From a bacterium (lineage in GTDB: Bacteria; Patescibacteriota; Minisyncoccia; Phycocordibacterales; JAGLPS01): DNA of 64,000 bases. The notes under the pieces are model-generated. The model was given only the letters and a program-made list of their open reading frames with translations, ran no database searches and was not told where the DNA came from. Made by a program: the position numbers and the translations under genes. The stretch covers positions 87,535 through 151,534 of the forward strand of contig JAUYHB010000020.1 in the NCBI GenBank assembly GCA_030690305.1. The letters are read 5' to 3'. Below, piece by piece: positions 1 through 8,876 of this stretch; position 1 is the first letter of the stretch; every line of letters begins with the position of its first letter.

Positions 1-1780
1 CCACAACGGAAGGAGTGTACCCGATAATCCACGCGTCACGATAGTCGTTCGTTGTACCGGTTTTTACCGCGACTTCTTTCCCAGGAAAGTTAAGAAAAGA
101 CTGTTCTCCAAAAGCCGGCGCGCGCGCGTTATTATCAGACAGCACATTGGAAATTTTACGAGCCGTTTCTTGCGGTAACACCTGCGCCGAGGAATTTTTT
201 GCAGTTTCAATAATGTTTCCGTTTTTGTCCTGTATTTCCGATATCACTTGATAGGGATGTCGTTGTCCGTCATTGGCAAATACTCCATACGCGCTCGCCA
301 TATCGAGCAAAGAAACTTCTCCGCCACCAAGGACAAGAGTCAGTCCGTATCGGTTAATGTCTGTAAGGCTTGTAATTCCCATGTTTTTTGCCAAGGTCAA
401 GGTATCTTGCATTCCGGCGAGATACAACGTTTTCACGGCGGGGACGTTGATAGACTGTGCAAGCGCTTCCCGCATGGTAATCGGTCCCCGGAAAATGCCG
501 TCGTAGTTTGTAGGCATGTAGCACACCTCTTCTTTTGTCTGAAGGGGAGAAAGAGGATTCCCTTGGGGGTCGCACAGGGTTGAGAATTCCGTCTGTAAGT
601 CAAACAGAGCGGTTTCGGGGAGATATCCCTTATTGAAAGCCTCGGCGTAAGCAAAAGGTTTGAAAGCGGACCCGGGCTGTCTGTTATATGCCGTTGCAAC
701 GTTGAAATTGCCGTCTATTTCCGTATCAAAGTAATATCTTGATCCAACCATCACCAGAACACCTCCGGTCCTGGGGTCTATGGCGACAATCGCGTCATTT
801 TCGGCGTTGAATTTTTCTTTATTTTCAAGGGCATACTCTTGGGCAAGACGCTCGGCTTTTTCCTGGAGGGAATAATCAAGTGTAGTTATAACGCGCAACC
901 CCCCGTTTTCCAATACATCCGCTCCGTATTTTTTTTCCAGATATTCTCTGACAAACATAACAAAATGAGGTGCCTTGATTCCTTTTTCTTCTTGAGGAAT
1001 AAACTCCACCTTCTCTTCCTTGGCTTTGGCAAACTCGTCCTCGTTTATAAAACCACTTTCAAGCATCCTGCTTAAAACAAGGTTCTTTCTTTTCTCAAGA
1101 GATTCTTTATGGGAGCCATAGGGAGAATAAAAAGAGGGTGCTTGGGGCAGGGCCGCAAGATACGCCGCCTCGGCAAGCGTCACCTCGCTTGCTTTTTTCC
1201 CGAAAAAAGTCTCGCTTGCCTCCTCAATTCCGTACACGCTTCCTCCGTAGGGAATTTCATTGAGATACATGGAAAGAATGGTATTTTTATCGAGCTCCTT
1301 TTCAATTCTGATGGCAAGGAGCCACTCCTTCAGTTTTCGGGAAATACTCTTTTCGTTTGTAAGTAATGAGTTTTTGACAACCTGTTGGGTGATTGTCGAG
1401 CCGCCCTGGCTGAATTCACCTGTTTGCAGGTTTACAAGGATTGCCCGAAGAAACGCGGTCGGCTTGACTCCTCCATGCTGGTAAAATTCCTTGTCTTCAA
1501 TGGCAACGGTGGCATTTTTAACGTGACGGGAAATTTCATCAAACGGCACTACGGTTCTCTTAACATTCTGAAAAACATCATACAGAAGGACTTTTCCTGT
1601 TTTATCGTAAATTTTTGTCGACTCGGCGACTTTCCGTTCCTCAAACGACTCAAGGGTCGGAATTTTAAAGCTAGAAACCCAAAAAAGGGTGCTCCCGAGA
1701 GAAAACAACACAACAATCCCCGCTATAGCAAGGCTATTTCTGATCAATTTTTCCTTTTTTATGGAGTATTTTCTTTTCAC
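1..1780 (-). CDS. Class A penicillin-binding protein (PBP1A-like: transglycosylase plus transpeptidase), truncated at its C-terminus by the window edge. Probable GTG start at 1780.
   Basis: Manual minus-strand translation gives an N-terminal TM helix, the GT51 motif QGGSTITQQ, the transpeptidase SxxK (SAFKP) and KTGTT. It is missing from the ORF track because its stop lies outside the window. Confidence 0.8.
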   Translation of the reverse strand, partial: MKRKYSIKKEKLIRNSLAIAGIVVLFSLGSTLFWVSSFKIPTLESFEERKVAESTKIYDKTGKVLLYDVFQNVKRTVVPFDEISRHVKNATVAIEDKEFYQHGGVKPTAFLRAILVNLQTGEFSQGGSTITQQVVKNSLLTNEKSISRKLKEWLLAIRIEKELDKNTILSMYLNEIPYGGSVYGIEEASETFFGKKASEVTLAEAAYLAALPQAPSFYSPYGSHKESLEKRKNLVLSRMLESGFINEDEFAKAKEEKVEFIPQEEKGIKAPHFVMFVREYLEKKYGADVLENGGLRVITTLDYSLQEKAERLAQEYALENKEKFNAENDAIVAIDPRTGGVLVMVGSRYYFDTEIDGNFNVATAYNRQPGSAFKPFAYAEAFNKGYLPETALFDLQTEFSTLCDPQGNPLSPLQTKEEVCYMPTNYDGIFRGPITMREALAQSINVPAVKTLYLAGMQDTLTLAKNMGITSLTDINRYGLTLVLGGGEVSLLDMASAYGVFANDGQRHPYQVISEIQDKNGNIIETAKNSSAQVLPQETARKISNVLSDNNARAPAFGEQSFLNFPGKEVAVKTGTTNDYRDAWIIGYTPSVV

Positions 1781-1821
1781 CTTTCCATACTAGCATTATT
1801 TGGGTTATACCAAAAACAAGG

Positions 1822-3063
1822 GTGATATGGTACAGTAACCTTATGTTTAGCGGTTTTTTGTCCCCTCGAACCAGTACAGACTCCCAAAAAATAGCCGAAA
1901 TACTCAATCGGGGAGTTGAGGACGTGTTTATCCGTGAAAGTCTGGAAAAAAAACTACTTTCCGGAAAGCAACTGAGAATAAAATTCGGCATTGACCCAAC
2001 CGGCCCCAATATCCACATCGGACGAGCGGTCGTGTTAAGAAAGCTGAGGGCTTTTCAAGACCTTGGCCATAAGATTGTGTGCATTGTCGGTGATTTTACG
2101 GCACAAATAGGGGATCCTTCCGACAAATTGGAGAAACGTCCCATGCTTTCTTCTTCTCAGATTGGGAAAAACGCCCATACGTATCGCGCCCAGATTGGAA
2201 AAATTTTGGATATATCAAAAACCGAATTTCGATTTAACAGCGAATGGCTGGCAAAGCTTGGTTTTTCGGAAATTATGCGTCTTGCCGAAATGTTTTCCGT
2301 CGGACAGATGATTGAGAGAAGAAACTTCAAGGAACGATATGAAAAAGGGGAGGAAATTTCGTTGAGAGAGTTTCTTTACCCCCTCATTCAGGGCTTTGAC
2401 TCGGTTGTCGTAAAAGCGGACGTTGAAATTGGCGGCTTTGACCAATTATTCAATCTAAAGGCCGGCCGAGTCGTCTTAAAACACCACGGACTTCCCGAAC
2501 AAGACGTGCTGACAATCTCAATGCTCCCGGGCACGGACGGAAGAAAAATGTCAACAAGTTGGGGCAATGTCATAAACATAACGGATGAGCCGTCCGACAT
2601 GTTCGGAAAGGTGATGTCGGTAAGCGATGAATTAATTGAACAGTACTTTTTATTATGCACTGACGTCGCTTCCGACGAGGTGAAAATGATTGGCGATTCA
2701 ATAAAAAACAAAACTGCCAACCCCCGCGACCAGAAAATTCGTCTCGCCCGTGAGATAGTCACCCTTTATTACGACAAAGAAAAGGCTGCTCGGGCCGAAC
2801 GCGAATTCTTAAAGGTCTTTACGGGTAAAGGAGTTCCTGATGACGTCGTTTCTGTTGAGGTCAAGAAAGGAGAACTTCTTTCGGACGTTCTTTTGCGCGC
2901 TGGTCTGGTTTCGTCAAAGACCGAATGGAGGCGTCTTGCTGAGGACGGTGCAGTATTTGACATGGACCATGGACAAAAAATCACCGATATAAACGAAAAA
3001 ATTAAAAGCAACACGGTTATAAAAGTAGGAAAAAGAAGATTTGTAAAAATTATACTCACATGA
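1822..3063 (+). CDS. tyrS: Tyrosyl-tRNA synthetase with a C-terminal S4-like domain (GTG start at 1822; alternative ATG at 1843)
   Basis: HIGH-type motif PNIHIGRAV, GDFTAQIGDPSDK and KMSTS. Class I TyrRS architecture. Confidence 0.85.
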   Translation: MIWYSNLMFSGFLSPRTSTDSQKIAEILNRGVEDVFIRESLEKKLLSGKQLRIKFGIDPTGPNIHIGRAVVLRKLRAFQDLGHKIVCIVGDFTAQIGDPSDKLEKRPMLSSSQIGKNAHTYRAQIGKILDISKTEFRFNSEWLAKLGFSEIMRLAEMFSVGQMIERRNFKERYEKGEEISLREFLYPLIQGFDSVVVKADVEIGGFDQLFNLKAGRVVLKHHGLPEQDVLTISMLPGTDGRKMSTSWGNVINITDEPSDMFGKVMSVSDELIEQYFLLCTDVASDEVKMIGDSIKNKTANPRDQKIRLAREIVTLYYDKEKAARAEREFLKVFTGKGVPDDVVSVEVKKGELLSDVLLRAGLVSSKTEWRRLAEDGAVFDMDHGQKITDINEKIKSNTVIKVGKRRFVKIILT

Positions 3064-3070
3064 CGTCTAG

Positions 3071-3105
3071 ATAAAACCCGCCTCTTCGGCGGGTTTTATC
3101 TTTCC
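3071..3105. terminator. Bidirectional intrinsic terminator between tyrS and the minus-strand ruvC operon
   Basis: aaaacccgcc-tcttcg-gcgggtttt hairpin flanked by T and A runs. Confidence 0.7.
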
Positions 3106-3224
3106 TTTTTCTTCTAGTTGTAGTAAGAATTCACCTTTCAAAAACCTTACGGAGACGTGAAGGAAAGTAGAGAAAAATTCAGAAGAATTTTATCGTGTTT
3201 CTGAAAAGTGAATTCAAACAGTTT

Positions 3225-3455
3225 TTACATTGAATCCCAACTATCTTCATCGTCACTGTAACTTTCATAGCCTTCCTCTTCCTCACTCTCTTCTCCTTCC
3301 TTTTTCTTTTTAAACTCTCCCTCTCCGACTTCGTTTTCATCCTCAAACCCCTCGTTTTCTTCGAGCAAATCCTCGTCTCGCATGTTTATCAAGCTTAATT
3401 TTTTATCTTTATATAACGACCTTAATTTTCTCTCCTTATGTTGTATCAAATGCAA
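3225..3455 (-). CDS. Hypothetical, highly acidic low-complexity small protein (76 aa) immediately downstream of ruvC
   Basis: ORF only. Operon position after ruvC. Glu/Asp/Ser-rich C-terminal half. Confidence 0.3.
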   Translation of the reverse strand: MHLIQHKERKLRSLYKDKKLSLINMRDEDLLEENEGFEDENEVGEGEFKKKKEGEESEEEEGYESYSDDEDSWDSM

Positions 3456-3494
3456 AAAAGAGTTGCAAACAAAAACCCGATAATCATGTTGATA

Positions 3495-3989
3495 TCATTT
3501 GTCCAGGTCCTTCGCGCGATAGAGAGACATATGAGCGAGCCCTACCGCGATAGCGTCGTACTCGTCATCGTAAGAGATATCTTTTTTTATCGAAAGAATT
3601 TTTTCAACCATTGTTTCTACCTGTTTTTTATCGCTCCTTCCGTGTCCGGTAACCGCGGCCTTTATTTCACCGGGAGTATATTCATACACGGAAATATCCG
3701 CTCGTCCCGCTTCGTACAAAATCACACCCCTGCTTTCCGCCACCGAAAAAGCGGTTTTCTGATTCATGTTGAAGAACAATTTCTCAACCGCGATGGCATT
3801 TGGAGCATATTCCCCGATAAGTTTTTTAAGTGTTTCCCCGATAAGCGCAAGCCGTTTCGGGTGAGTTAATTTTTTCGATGAAGTAATACAGTCCGAATGC
3901 ACAAGACTTTCCCGCCCGTTCTCTTTTTTAATCACGGCAACCCCGAGTCTGTCATAGCCTGGGTCAATAGATAATACCGAATAGGGCAT
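3495..3989 (-). CDS. ruvC: Holliday junction resolvase RuvC (start taken at the internal Met MPYSVLSIDPGY)
   Basis: IDPG active-site N-terminus and RuvC family similarity. Abuts the yebC stop. Confidence 0.85.
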   Translation of the reverse strand: MPYSVLSIDPGYDRLGVAVIKKENGRESLVHSDCITSSKKLTHPKRLALIGETLKKLIGEYAPNAIAVEKLFFNMNQKTAFSVAESRGVILYEAGRADISVYEYTPGEIKAAVTGHGRSDKKQVETMVEKILSIKKDISYDDEYDAIAVGLAHMSLYRAKDLDK

Positions 3990-3990
3990 A

Positions 3991-4521
3991 TTACTCGGCG
4001 TTTGTAAAAACCTCCTGGACTTCGTCATTATCCTCCAGTTCACTCACAATTTCTTGAAGTTTTACGGCATCGGACTCCTCAAGGGTAACGGTTGTTTTAG
4101 GGGACCATTCCGAACCTGTTTTTTCAAATGCCCATGTGGCACTTCCCGATACCGCGAGTTCAAAACCGTGCTTGGAGAGAATGTGGCGTACTTCCGCCGC
4201 CGCTTTATTTCGGTTATCCGTGAGTCCTTCTATGATGAGGGCGCATCCTCCGGGGCCGTAAGCCTCGTACATAACGGGCTCCATGGCCGAAGAGGATGTG
4301 TCAGTCGCTTTTTTAATGGCGCGCTCCACGTTTTCACTGGGCATATTCGCCTCCCGCGCTTTTTCGATTGCGGCACGAAGCCCCGGCGCATCCTCCTTTC
4401 CGTTGCTTTTTTTTGCTTCAACGGTAATAAGGCGGATAAGTTTCGTGAAGATTTTACTTTTCTTTGAATCTGTCGCTGCTTTTTTATTTTTTATCTGTTT
4501 CCATTTACTGTGTCCTGCCAT
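3991..4521 (-). CDS. yebC: YebC/PmpR family DNA-binding regulator (short form)
   Basis: MAGHSKW N-terminus typical of the YebC family, in the conserved position between ruvB and ruvC. Confidence 0.8.
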   Translation of the reverse strand: MAGHSKWKQIKNKKAATDSKKSKIFTKLIRLITVEAKKSNGKEDAPGLRAAIEKAREANMPSENVERAIKKATDTSSSAMEPVMYEAYGPGGCALIIEGLTDNRNKAAAEVRHILSKHGFELAVSGSATWAFEKTGSEWSPKTTVTLEESDAVKLQEIVSELEDNDEVQEVFTNAE

Positions 4522-4550
4522 AGTATGTTTTTATCTTAACTTTATTAAGT

Positions 4551-5570
4551 TTACAAGAGGCGTGACGAGTCTTTTCCGGAAAACTTTTCGATGTATTCTC
4601 TACCTTTAAGGGTCAATGCCCGTCCGCGGGGGGTACGCTCAAGAAATCCTATTTGAATAAGATAGGGTTCGTTGAATTCTTCTATAGTTGACTCCTCCTC
4701 GGAAAGGGAGGTGGCGAGAGTGTTAAGGCCGACCGGCCCTCCGTTGAATTTTTTAGAAATAGCGAGAAGGATACTTCTGTCCGAGACAGACAGGCCATTA
4801 TCATCTATTCCAAGCATGGAAAGAGCTCCTTTAACGGTTTCCTCATCAAGGCTTTTCCGGTGCACTTGTGCAAAGTCACGGCATCGTTTAAGAAAATAAT
4901 TTGCCGTTCTCGGAGTAAAGCGGCTTCGTATCGCGATTTCCTTTACGGCGGATTCTTCAATAACAACTTCAAGGAGCCGTGAAGAGCGCCTGATAATTTC
5001 TTGTATCTCATTAACGCTATAAAATTCCAATCGAAAAACCCCTCCGGAAAATCGGCTACGAAGTGGTGAGGAGATAAGGGCCACTTGTGTTGTTGCGGCA
5101 ATAATCGTGAAAGGAGAAAGGCTTAGCTGTACGGTACGCGCCGACGGACCCTTCCCTATAATGATGTCCAGCGAACCGGATTCCATTGCGGGATACAGCA
5201 CTTCTTCAATGGTTTTATTAAGACGGTGGATTTCGTCGATAAAAAGAATGTCGCCGGAGGAAAGGTTGGTAAGGATAGAGGCAAGGTCGGCCACCTTTTC
5301 AATCGCCGGGCCGGAGGTCACCTTTATCTGCATTCCCGTTTCTCTTGCGATAAGGTACGCAAGCGTTGTTTTTCCAAGACCCGGAGGCCCGTAAAACAAA
5401 ACATGCTCGGGCGGATGCCCTCGTTCTTTCGCGGCCTTGAGAAGTATTTCAAGGTTATTTTTTATGTTGTTTTGTCCAACGTATTCACTCCACGTTGTTG
5501 GACGCAGTGTCTGATCGAGAAAGGCAACTTCGCCCTCTCCTAAACGTTCTACGGGGCGGTTACTTGACAT
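4551..5570 (-). CDS. ruvB: Holliday junction branch-migration helicase RuvB
   Basis: AAA+ Walker A GPPGLGKTTLA. RuvB family over its full length. Confidence 0.9.
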   Translation of the reverse strand: MSSNRPVERLGEGEVAFLDQTLRPTTWSEYVGQNNIKNNLEILLKAAKERGHPPEHVLFYGPPGLGKTTLAYLIARETGMQIKVTSGPAIEKVADLASILTNLSSGDILFIDEIHRLNKTIEEVLYPAMESGSLDIIIGKGPSARTVQLSLSPFTIIAATTQVALISSPLRSRFSGGVFRLEFYSVNEIQEIIRRSSRLLEVVIEESAVKEIAIRSRFTPRTANYFLKRCRDFAQVHRKSLDEETVKGALSMLGIDDNGLSVSDRSILLAISKKFNGGPVGLNTLATSLSEEESTIEEFNEPYLIQIGFLERTPRGRALTLKGREYIEKFSGKDSSRLL

Positions 5571-5619
5571 TATAAGTTTTTTATGCTAGTCTTATCGTTG
5601 ACAGCCTGAGTGGTTATTT

Positions 5620-5800
5620 TAAATCCAAGACACAAATCTCTAAGCAGCGGAGCCCTTCGGGGCTTTCTAGCACTTCTTTAAGGACGCACTGGTGTTACCT
5701 TCGGGTAACGTGCTGATGCCATCCTTGAAAGGAATGCTTAACTTCTAGTACGCATATTAAAAGTGCTGCTTAGAGATTTGTGTTTTGGATTTTTTGTTTT
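5620..5800 (+). ncRNA. Candidate structured small RNA of unknown class. Near-perfect 28-bp closing helix (5620-5647 with 5766-5793, one G.U pair), two internal cUUCGg tetraloop hairpins, and a U-rich 3' tail.
   Basis: Structure seen directly in the sequence. Intergenic, antisense to the flanking ruvB and pilB. Upstream TTGACA (5598-5603) with a weak -10 at 5620-5625. Confidence 0.35.
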
Positions 5801-5881
5801 CCTTCTGACCCCAATTCTATGCCTTGTCATCGAGAGACCGCAATATTGACCTTGTTAAAAACAGTGGCGTAGATTTTTCAC

Positions 5882-7558
5882 TCATATTTGCAAATCAACC
5901 ACACGCTGAAGTTCAAGAAGCGATGTTTTTCCTTCAAGTACTTTGATTGCTCCGTCCTGCTTCATGTTAAGAATATTTTGTGCCAATGCCGCCTTTTCAA
6001 CCTCCCGCTCGCTCGGATTTTCTTTCACAACACGTTCTATGGCCTCGTCCGTTTTTATGGCTTCAAAAATTCCGATTCTGCCCTTATAACCGGTAAAATT
6101 GCATTTCTCGCATCCTTGGTGTTCCCATACGCTTTCTCTTTGAACATCTTTCAAATACGTTTTGTCGGTAATTGTCTCCACAATGCTGTCGATAAGTTCC
6201 TTTTCTTCTCCCTGAAGGGGAACAATTTTTTTGCAGTCGTTACACAGCGTACGCAACAGCCGTTGCGCCATTGAAACGTTTATTGCCGATGTCAAAATTT
6301 TCGGGTTGACACCAAGGTCAATAAGGCGGGGGAAGGACCCTGCGGCATTGTTTGTGTGCAACGTCGAAAAAACAAGGTGCCCGGTCAGGGAAGCGTTGAT
6401 GGCGATTTCCGCGGTTTCCTGATCGCGAATTTCACCGACCATGATAACGTCGGGGTCCTGTCGCAGGGCGGAGCGCAGTCCTTCAAGAAAAGTGTAGCCT
6501 TTTTTGCTGTCCGTTTGCGTCTGAACAATTCCCGGCAGGTGATATTCAATCGGATTTTCTATGGTGATAATTTTTATTTCAGGCGTATGAACTTTTTTGA
6601 GGAAAGCATACAGTGTTGTCGTTTTTCCGGAGCCTGTCGGACCCGTTGTCAAAAGCATTCCATTCGGTTTGGCTATTTCATGCTCAAGAATTTTAAGAAG
6701 ACGCGGGTGGATGCCGAGTTCTTCAAGCGGAACGGAAATCGCCTTCGGATTCAAAATTCTCATTACGACAGAGTCGCTGTACGCCCCGGGGAGCACCGAT
6801 GTTCTTATTTCAATATCGCTGTCTTCCATTTTTATCGTGAACCGTCCGTCTTGCGCGATACCTTTGATATTCAGTTTAAGACCCGAAATCAGCTTAATGC
6901 GTGACAAAAGAAGTGCGAATGTTTCATGGTCGAAATTGATGACATCAACCAAAACGCCATCAAGCCTGTATCTGATGCGTACGTATTTTTCCTCGGGCTC
7001 AATGTGGACATCCGAAGCTTTTGTCGCAAGGGAACCTGCGAGAATTATTTCAAGCGTGCGCGATATTCGGTATCCTTTCTTTGCCGCGAGAACGTCTTCG
7101 ATAAGTTTTCTGACATCTTCCAGATGTTTGACCGTTTGAACGACGTTTGTTATCTCTTCGTTTGAAATATCAAGCGCCCCTCCTCTTGTTTCAAAAGAGT
7201 AGGAAAGGTCTTTGTATTTTTCCCATACGCGCTCAAGTCCTTGCGAGGAAACCATATACAACACGGGAACAAATCCTTTTTCTTCCAGTTCTTTAATCGC
7301 ATCCTGGCTCTTTTGATTATTCGGAGACTGTACGCCGATATGAATTTTTTTATCTACAATGTTAAAAATGGCGATTTTTGCCTCTCTTGCCTTATCTTCC
7401 GGAAGGACACGAAGAGCGTCGCGGTTAACCGTGCCGCTTGCGAGGTCAAGATAGGGTAGATTGTATTTTGAGGAGAGGATTAGGGTGAGGTTTTCTTCCT
7501 CGGCTTTGTGCAAATCCTCTATCTTTTGGTTTTGTTTTTCCTCGTTAAATTCAACCAT
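5882..7558 (-). CDS. pilB: Type II/IV secretion ATPase (GspE/PilB family). Start trimmed to MVEFNEEK.
   Basis: Walker A GPTGSGKTTT and a C-terminal Cys4 zinc motif (CNDC...CEKC). The longer ORF to 7729 would overlap the neighbouring gene's promoter. Confidence 0.8.
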   Translation of the reverse strand: MVEFNEEKQNQKIEDLHKAEEENLTLILSSKYNLPYLDLASGTVNRDALRVLPEDKAREAKIAIFNIVDKKIHIGVQSPNNQKSQDAIKELEEKGFVPVLYMVSSQGLERVWEKYKDLSYSFETRGGALDISNEEITNVVQTVKHLEDVRKLIEDVLAAKKGYRISRTLEIILAGSLATKASDVHIEPEEKYVRIRYRLDGVLVDVINFDHETFALLLSRIKLISGLKLNIKGIAQDGRFTIKMEDSDIEIRTSVLPGAYSDSVVMRILNPKAISVPLEELGIHPRLLKILEHEIAKPNGMLLTTGPTGSGKTTTLYAFLKKVHTPEIKIITIENPIEYHLPGIVQTQTDSKKGYTFLEGLRSALRQDPDVIMVGEIRDQETAEIAINASLTGHLVFSTLHTNNAAGSFPRLIDLGVNPKILTSAINVSMAQRLLRTLCNDCKKIVPLQGEEKELIDSIVETITDKTYLKDVQRESVWEHQGCEKCNFTGYKGRIGIFEAIKTDEAIERVVKENPSEREVEKAALAQNILNMKQDGAIKVLEGKTSLLELQRVVDLQI

Positions 7559-7666
7559 ATAGGGTAATAGTAACGTTTTTAAACTCCTTTCACAACGAAT
7601 AAGGCACAAACGCAATTTTACGTCCAAAGAAAGCTCTTTTCTGGGCGCAGGAAAAGTAAAAAACCA

Positions 7667-7695
7667 TTGACTTTTCATATGATAAGTGGTATAAT
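7667..7695 (+). promoter_or_regulatory. Near-consensus sigma70 promoter: TTGACT, 17-nt spacer, TATAAT. An AGGAGG RBS lies 7 nt before the ATG at 7744.
   Basis: Hexamers and spacing read directly from the sequence. Confidence 0.6.
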
Positions 7696-7743
7696 GTACA
7701 TAGGTAAGATAAATATAATGTTCTTTCAAAAAGGAGGATTCCC

Positions 7744-8379
7744 ATGAAAGGAATTAAATATTTTGTGTCAGTGTTTGTCGCACTGCTTCTTATTTCCAAC
7801 CTTACGACCCCCGTATTTGCCGGACTTTTCTATGAAACTCCGACAATTACCATCGTCAACTCGACCGGGCTCGATATTGAGGTTGAACGTGTGAGCCAAC
7901 CTGTTTCGGGAGAACTATCGCGAAGCGCAGAAGCTCCGATAAGGTCGGGAAGAGTTGTCACCGGACAAAGCATGTCGTTTCAGGTGCCTTTGAGTAAACT
8001 TACGCTCAACGACTCCGGCATACGAACTGCCGCTTTTGTTGTCAAAGCATATTATCCGGGAACGGATCAATATGCAGGAATTGGCCCAAGTATTATGCTT
8101 GTGCGACAAGGTCACCGTTCCGTGCGAGTGACACAGACGTATTCGGTAAACGTCGGAATACCCAAGGGAGACATTAAGACAAAGAAAAGAACTTACGTTC
8201 GGTCTTCTTCCCCAAGGGTCTACAACAGTCCGGGCTCCGCGGGGTTTCATGAATCGTCTCGAAGATATGGAAGGACTCGTACGTTCACTATCTATGTCGG
8301 AGAGACAAGAGAAATCGAACCGATCGTTCTCCACGAAAGAGACATTAATGTTTTAGAAACTGCACAAAATTCCAACTAG
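7744..8379 (+). CDS. Secreted hypothetical protein (Sec signal peptide), divergent from pilB. No prepilin motif.
   Basis: N-terminal signal peptide ending VFA. Strong promoter and RBS. No recognisable family. Confidence 0.55.
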   Translation: MKGIKYFVSVFVALLLISNLTTPVFAGLFYETPTITIVNSTGLDIEVERVSQPVSGELSRSAEAPIRSGRVVTGQSMSFQVPLSKLTLNDSGIRTAAFVVKAYYPGTDQYAGIGPSIMLVRQGHRSVRVTQTYSVNVGIPKGDIKTKKRTYVRSSSPRVYNSPGSAGFHESSRRYGRTRTFTIYVGETREIEPIVLHERDINVLETAQNSN

Positions 8380-8394
8380 GTTTTCCTCACCACA

Positions 8395-8430
8395 AGGCGC
8401 GTTCGTTCAATCGAATGCGCCTTTTTGTTT
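8395..8430 (+). terminator. Intrinsic terminator after the secreted protein gene
   Basis: 10-bp stem (ggcgcgttcg/cgaatgcgcc) followed by tttttg. Confidence 0.6.
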
Positions 8431-8446
8431 GTGCTACAATCACCGC

Positions 8447-8875
8447 ATGAGAGGGTATACAAGCAAAAGTCTCAAGGAAACGGAACACCTCGCGGAAAAA
8501 TTTCTCTTAACCCTTTCTCCGAAGAAAAAGGCGATTGTTGTCGGTTTGTGCGGAGATTTAGGCTCCGGGAAAACAGCTTTCGTGAAAATGGTTGCAAAAA
8601 TTCTCGGTGTAAAGGGGCACGTCACCAGTCCCACATTCGTCATCCAAAAAAATTATTCCCTCAAAGAAAAAAATTTTTCAACACTTGCCCATATTGATGC
8701 GTATCGTCTGAAAGAAGGTGAAGACCTTCTGTCTCTCTCATGGAACGATACGCTTGAAGGAAACAACTTGGTTTTTATCGAGTGGCCGGAGCGAGTTCTG
8801 AGCGCCCTTCCTAAGGGGATAAAAAAGATATATTTTGAATTTATAGACGATACGACACGGAATATACGATTTTAA
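8447..8875 (+). CDS. tsaE: tRNA threonylcarbamoyladenosine biosynthesis ATPase TsaE (YjeE)
   Basis: Walker A GDLGSGKT and the SPTF motif, at the expected size. Confidence 0.8.
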   Translation: MRGYTSKSLKETEHLAEKFLLTLSPKKKAIVVGLCGDLGSGKTAFVKMVAKILGVKGHVTSPTFVIQKNYSLKEKNFSTLAHIDAYRLKEGEDLLSLSWNDTLEGNNLVFIEWPERVLSALPKGIKKIYFEFIDDTTRNIRF

Positions 8876-8876
8876 A

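Noticed and set aside
7559-7729. N-terminal extension of the pilB ORF (start at 7729)
   Set aside because: The extension would run through the consensus promoter and RBS of the divergent gene and has odd composition (MKEHYIYLTYVHYTTYH...). The homology starts at MVEFNEE (7558).
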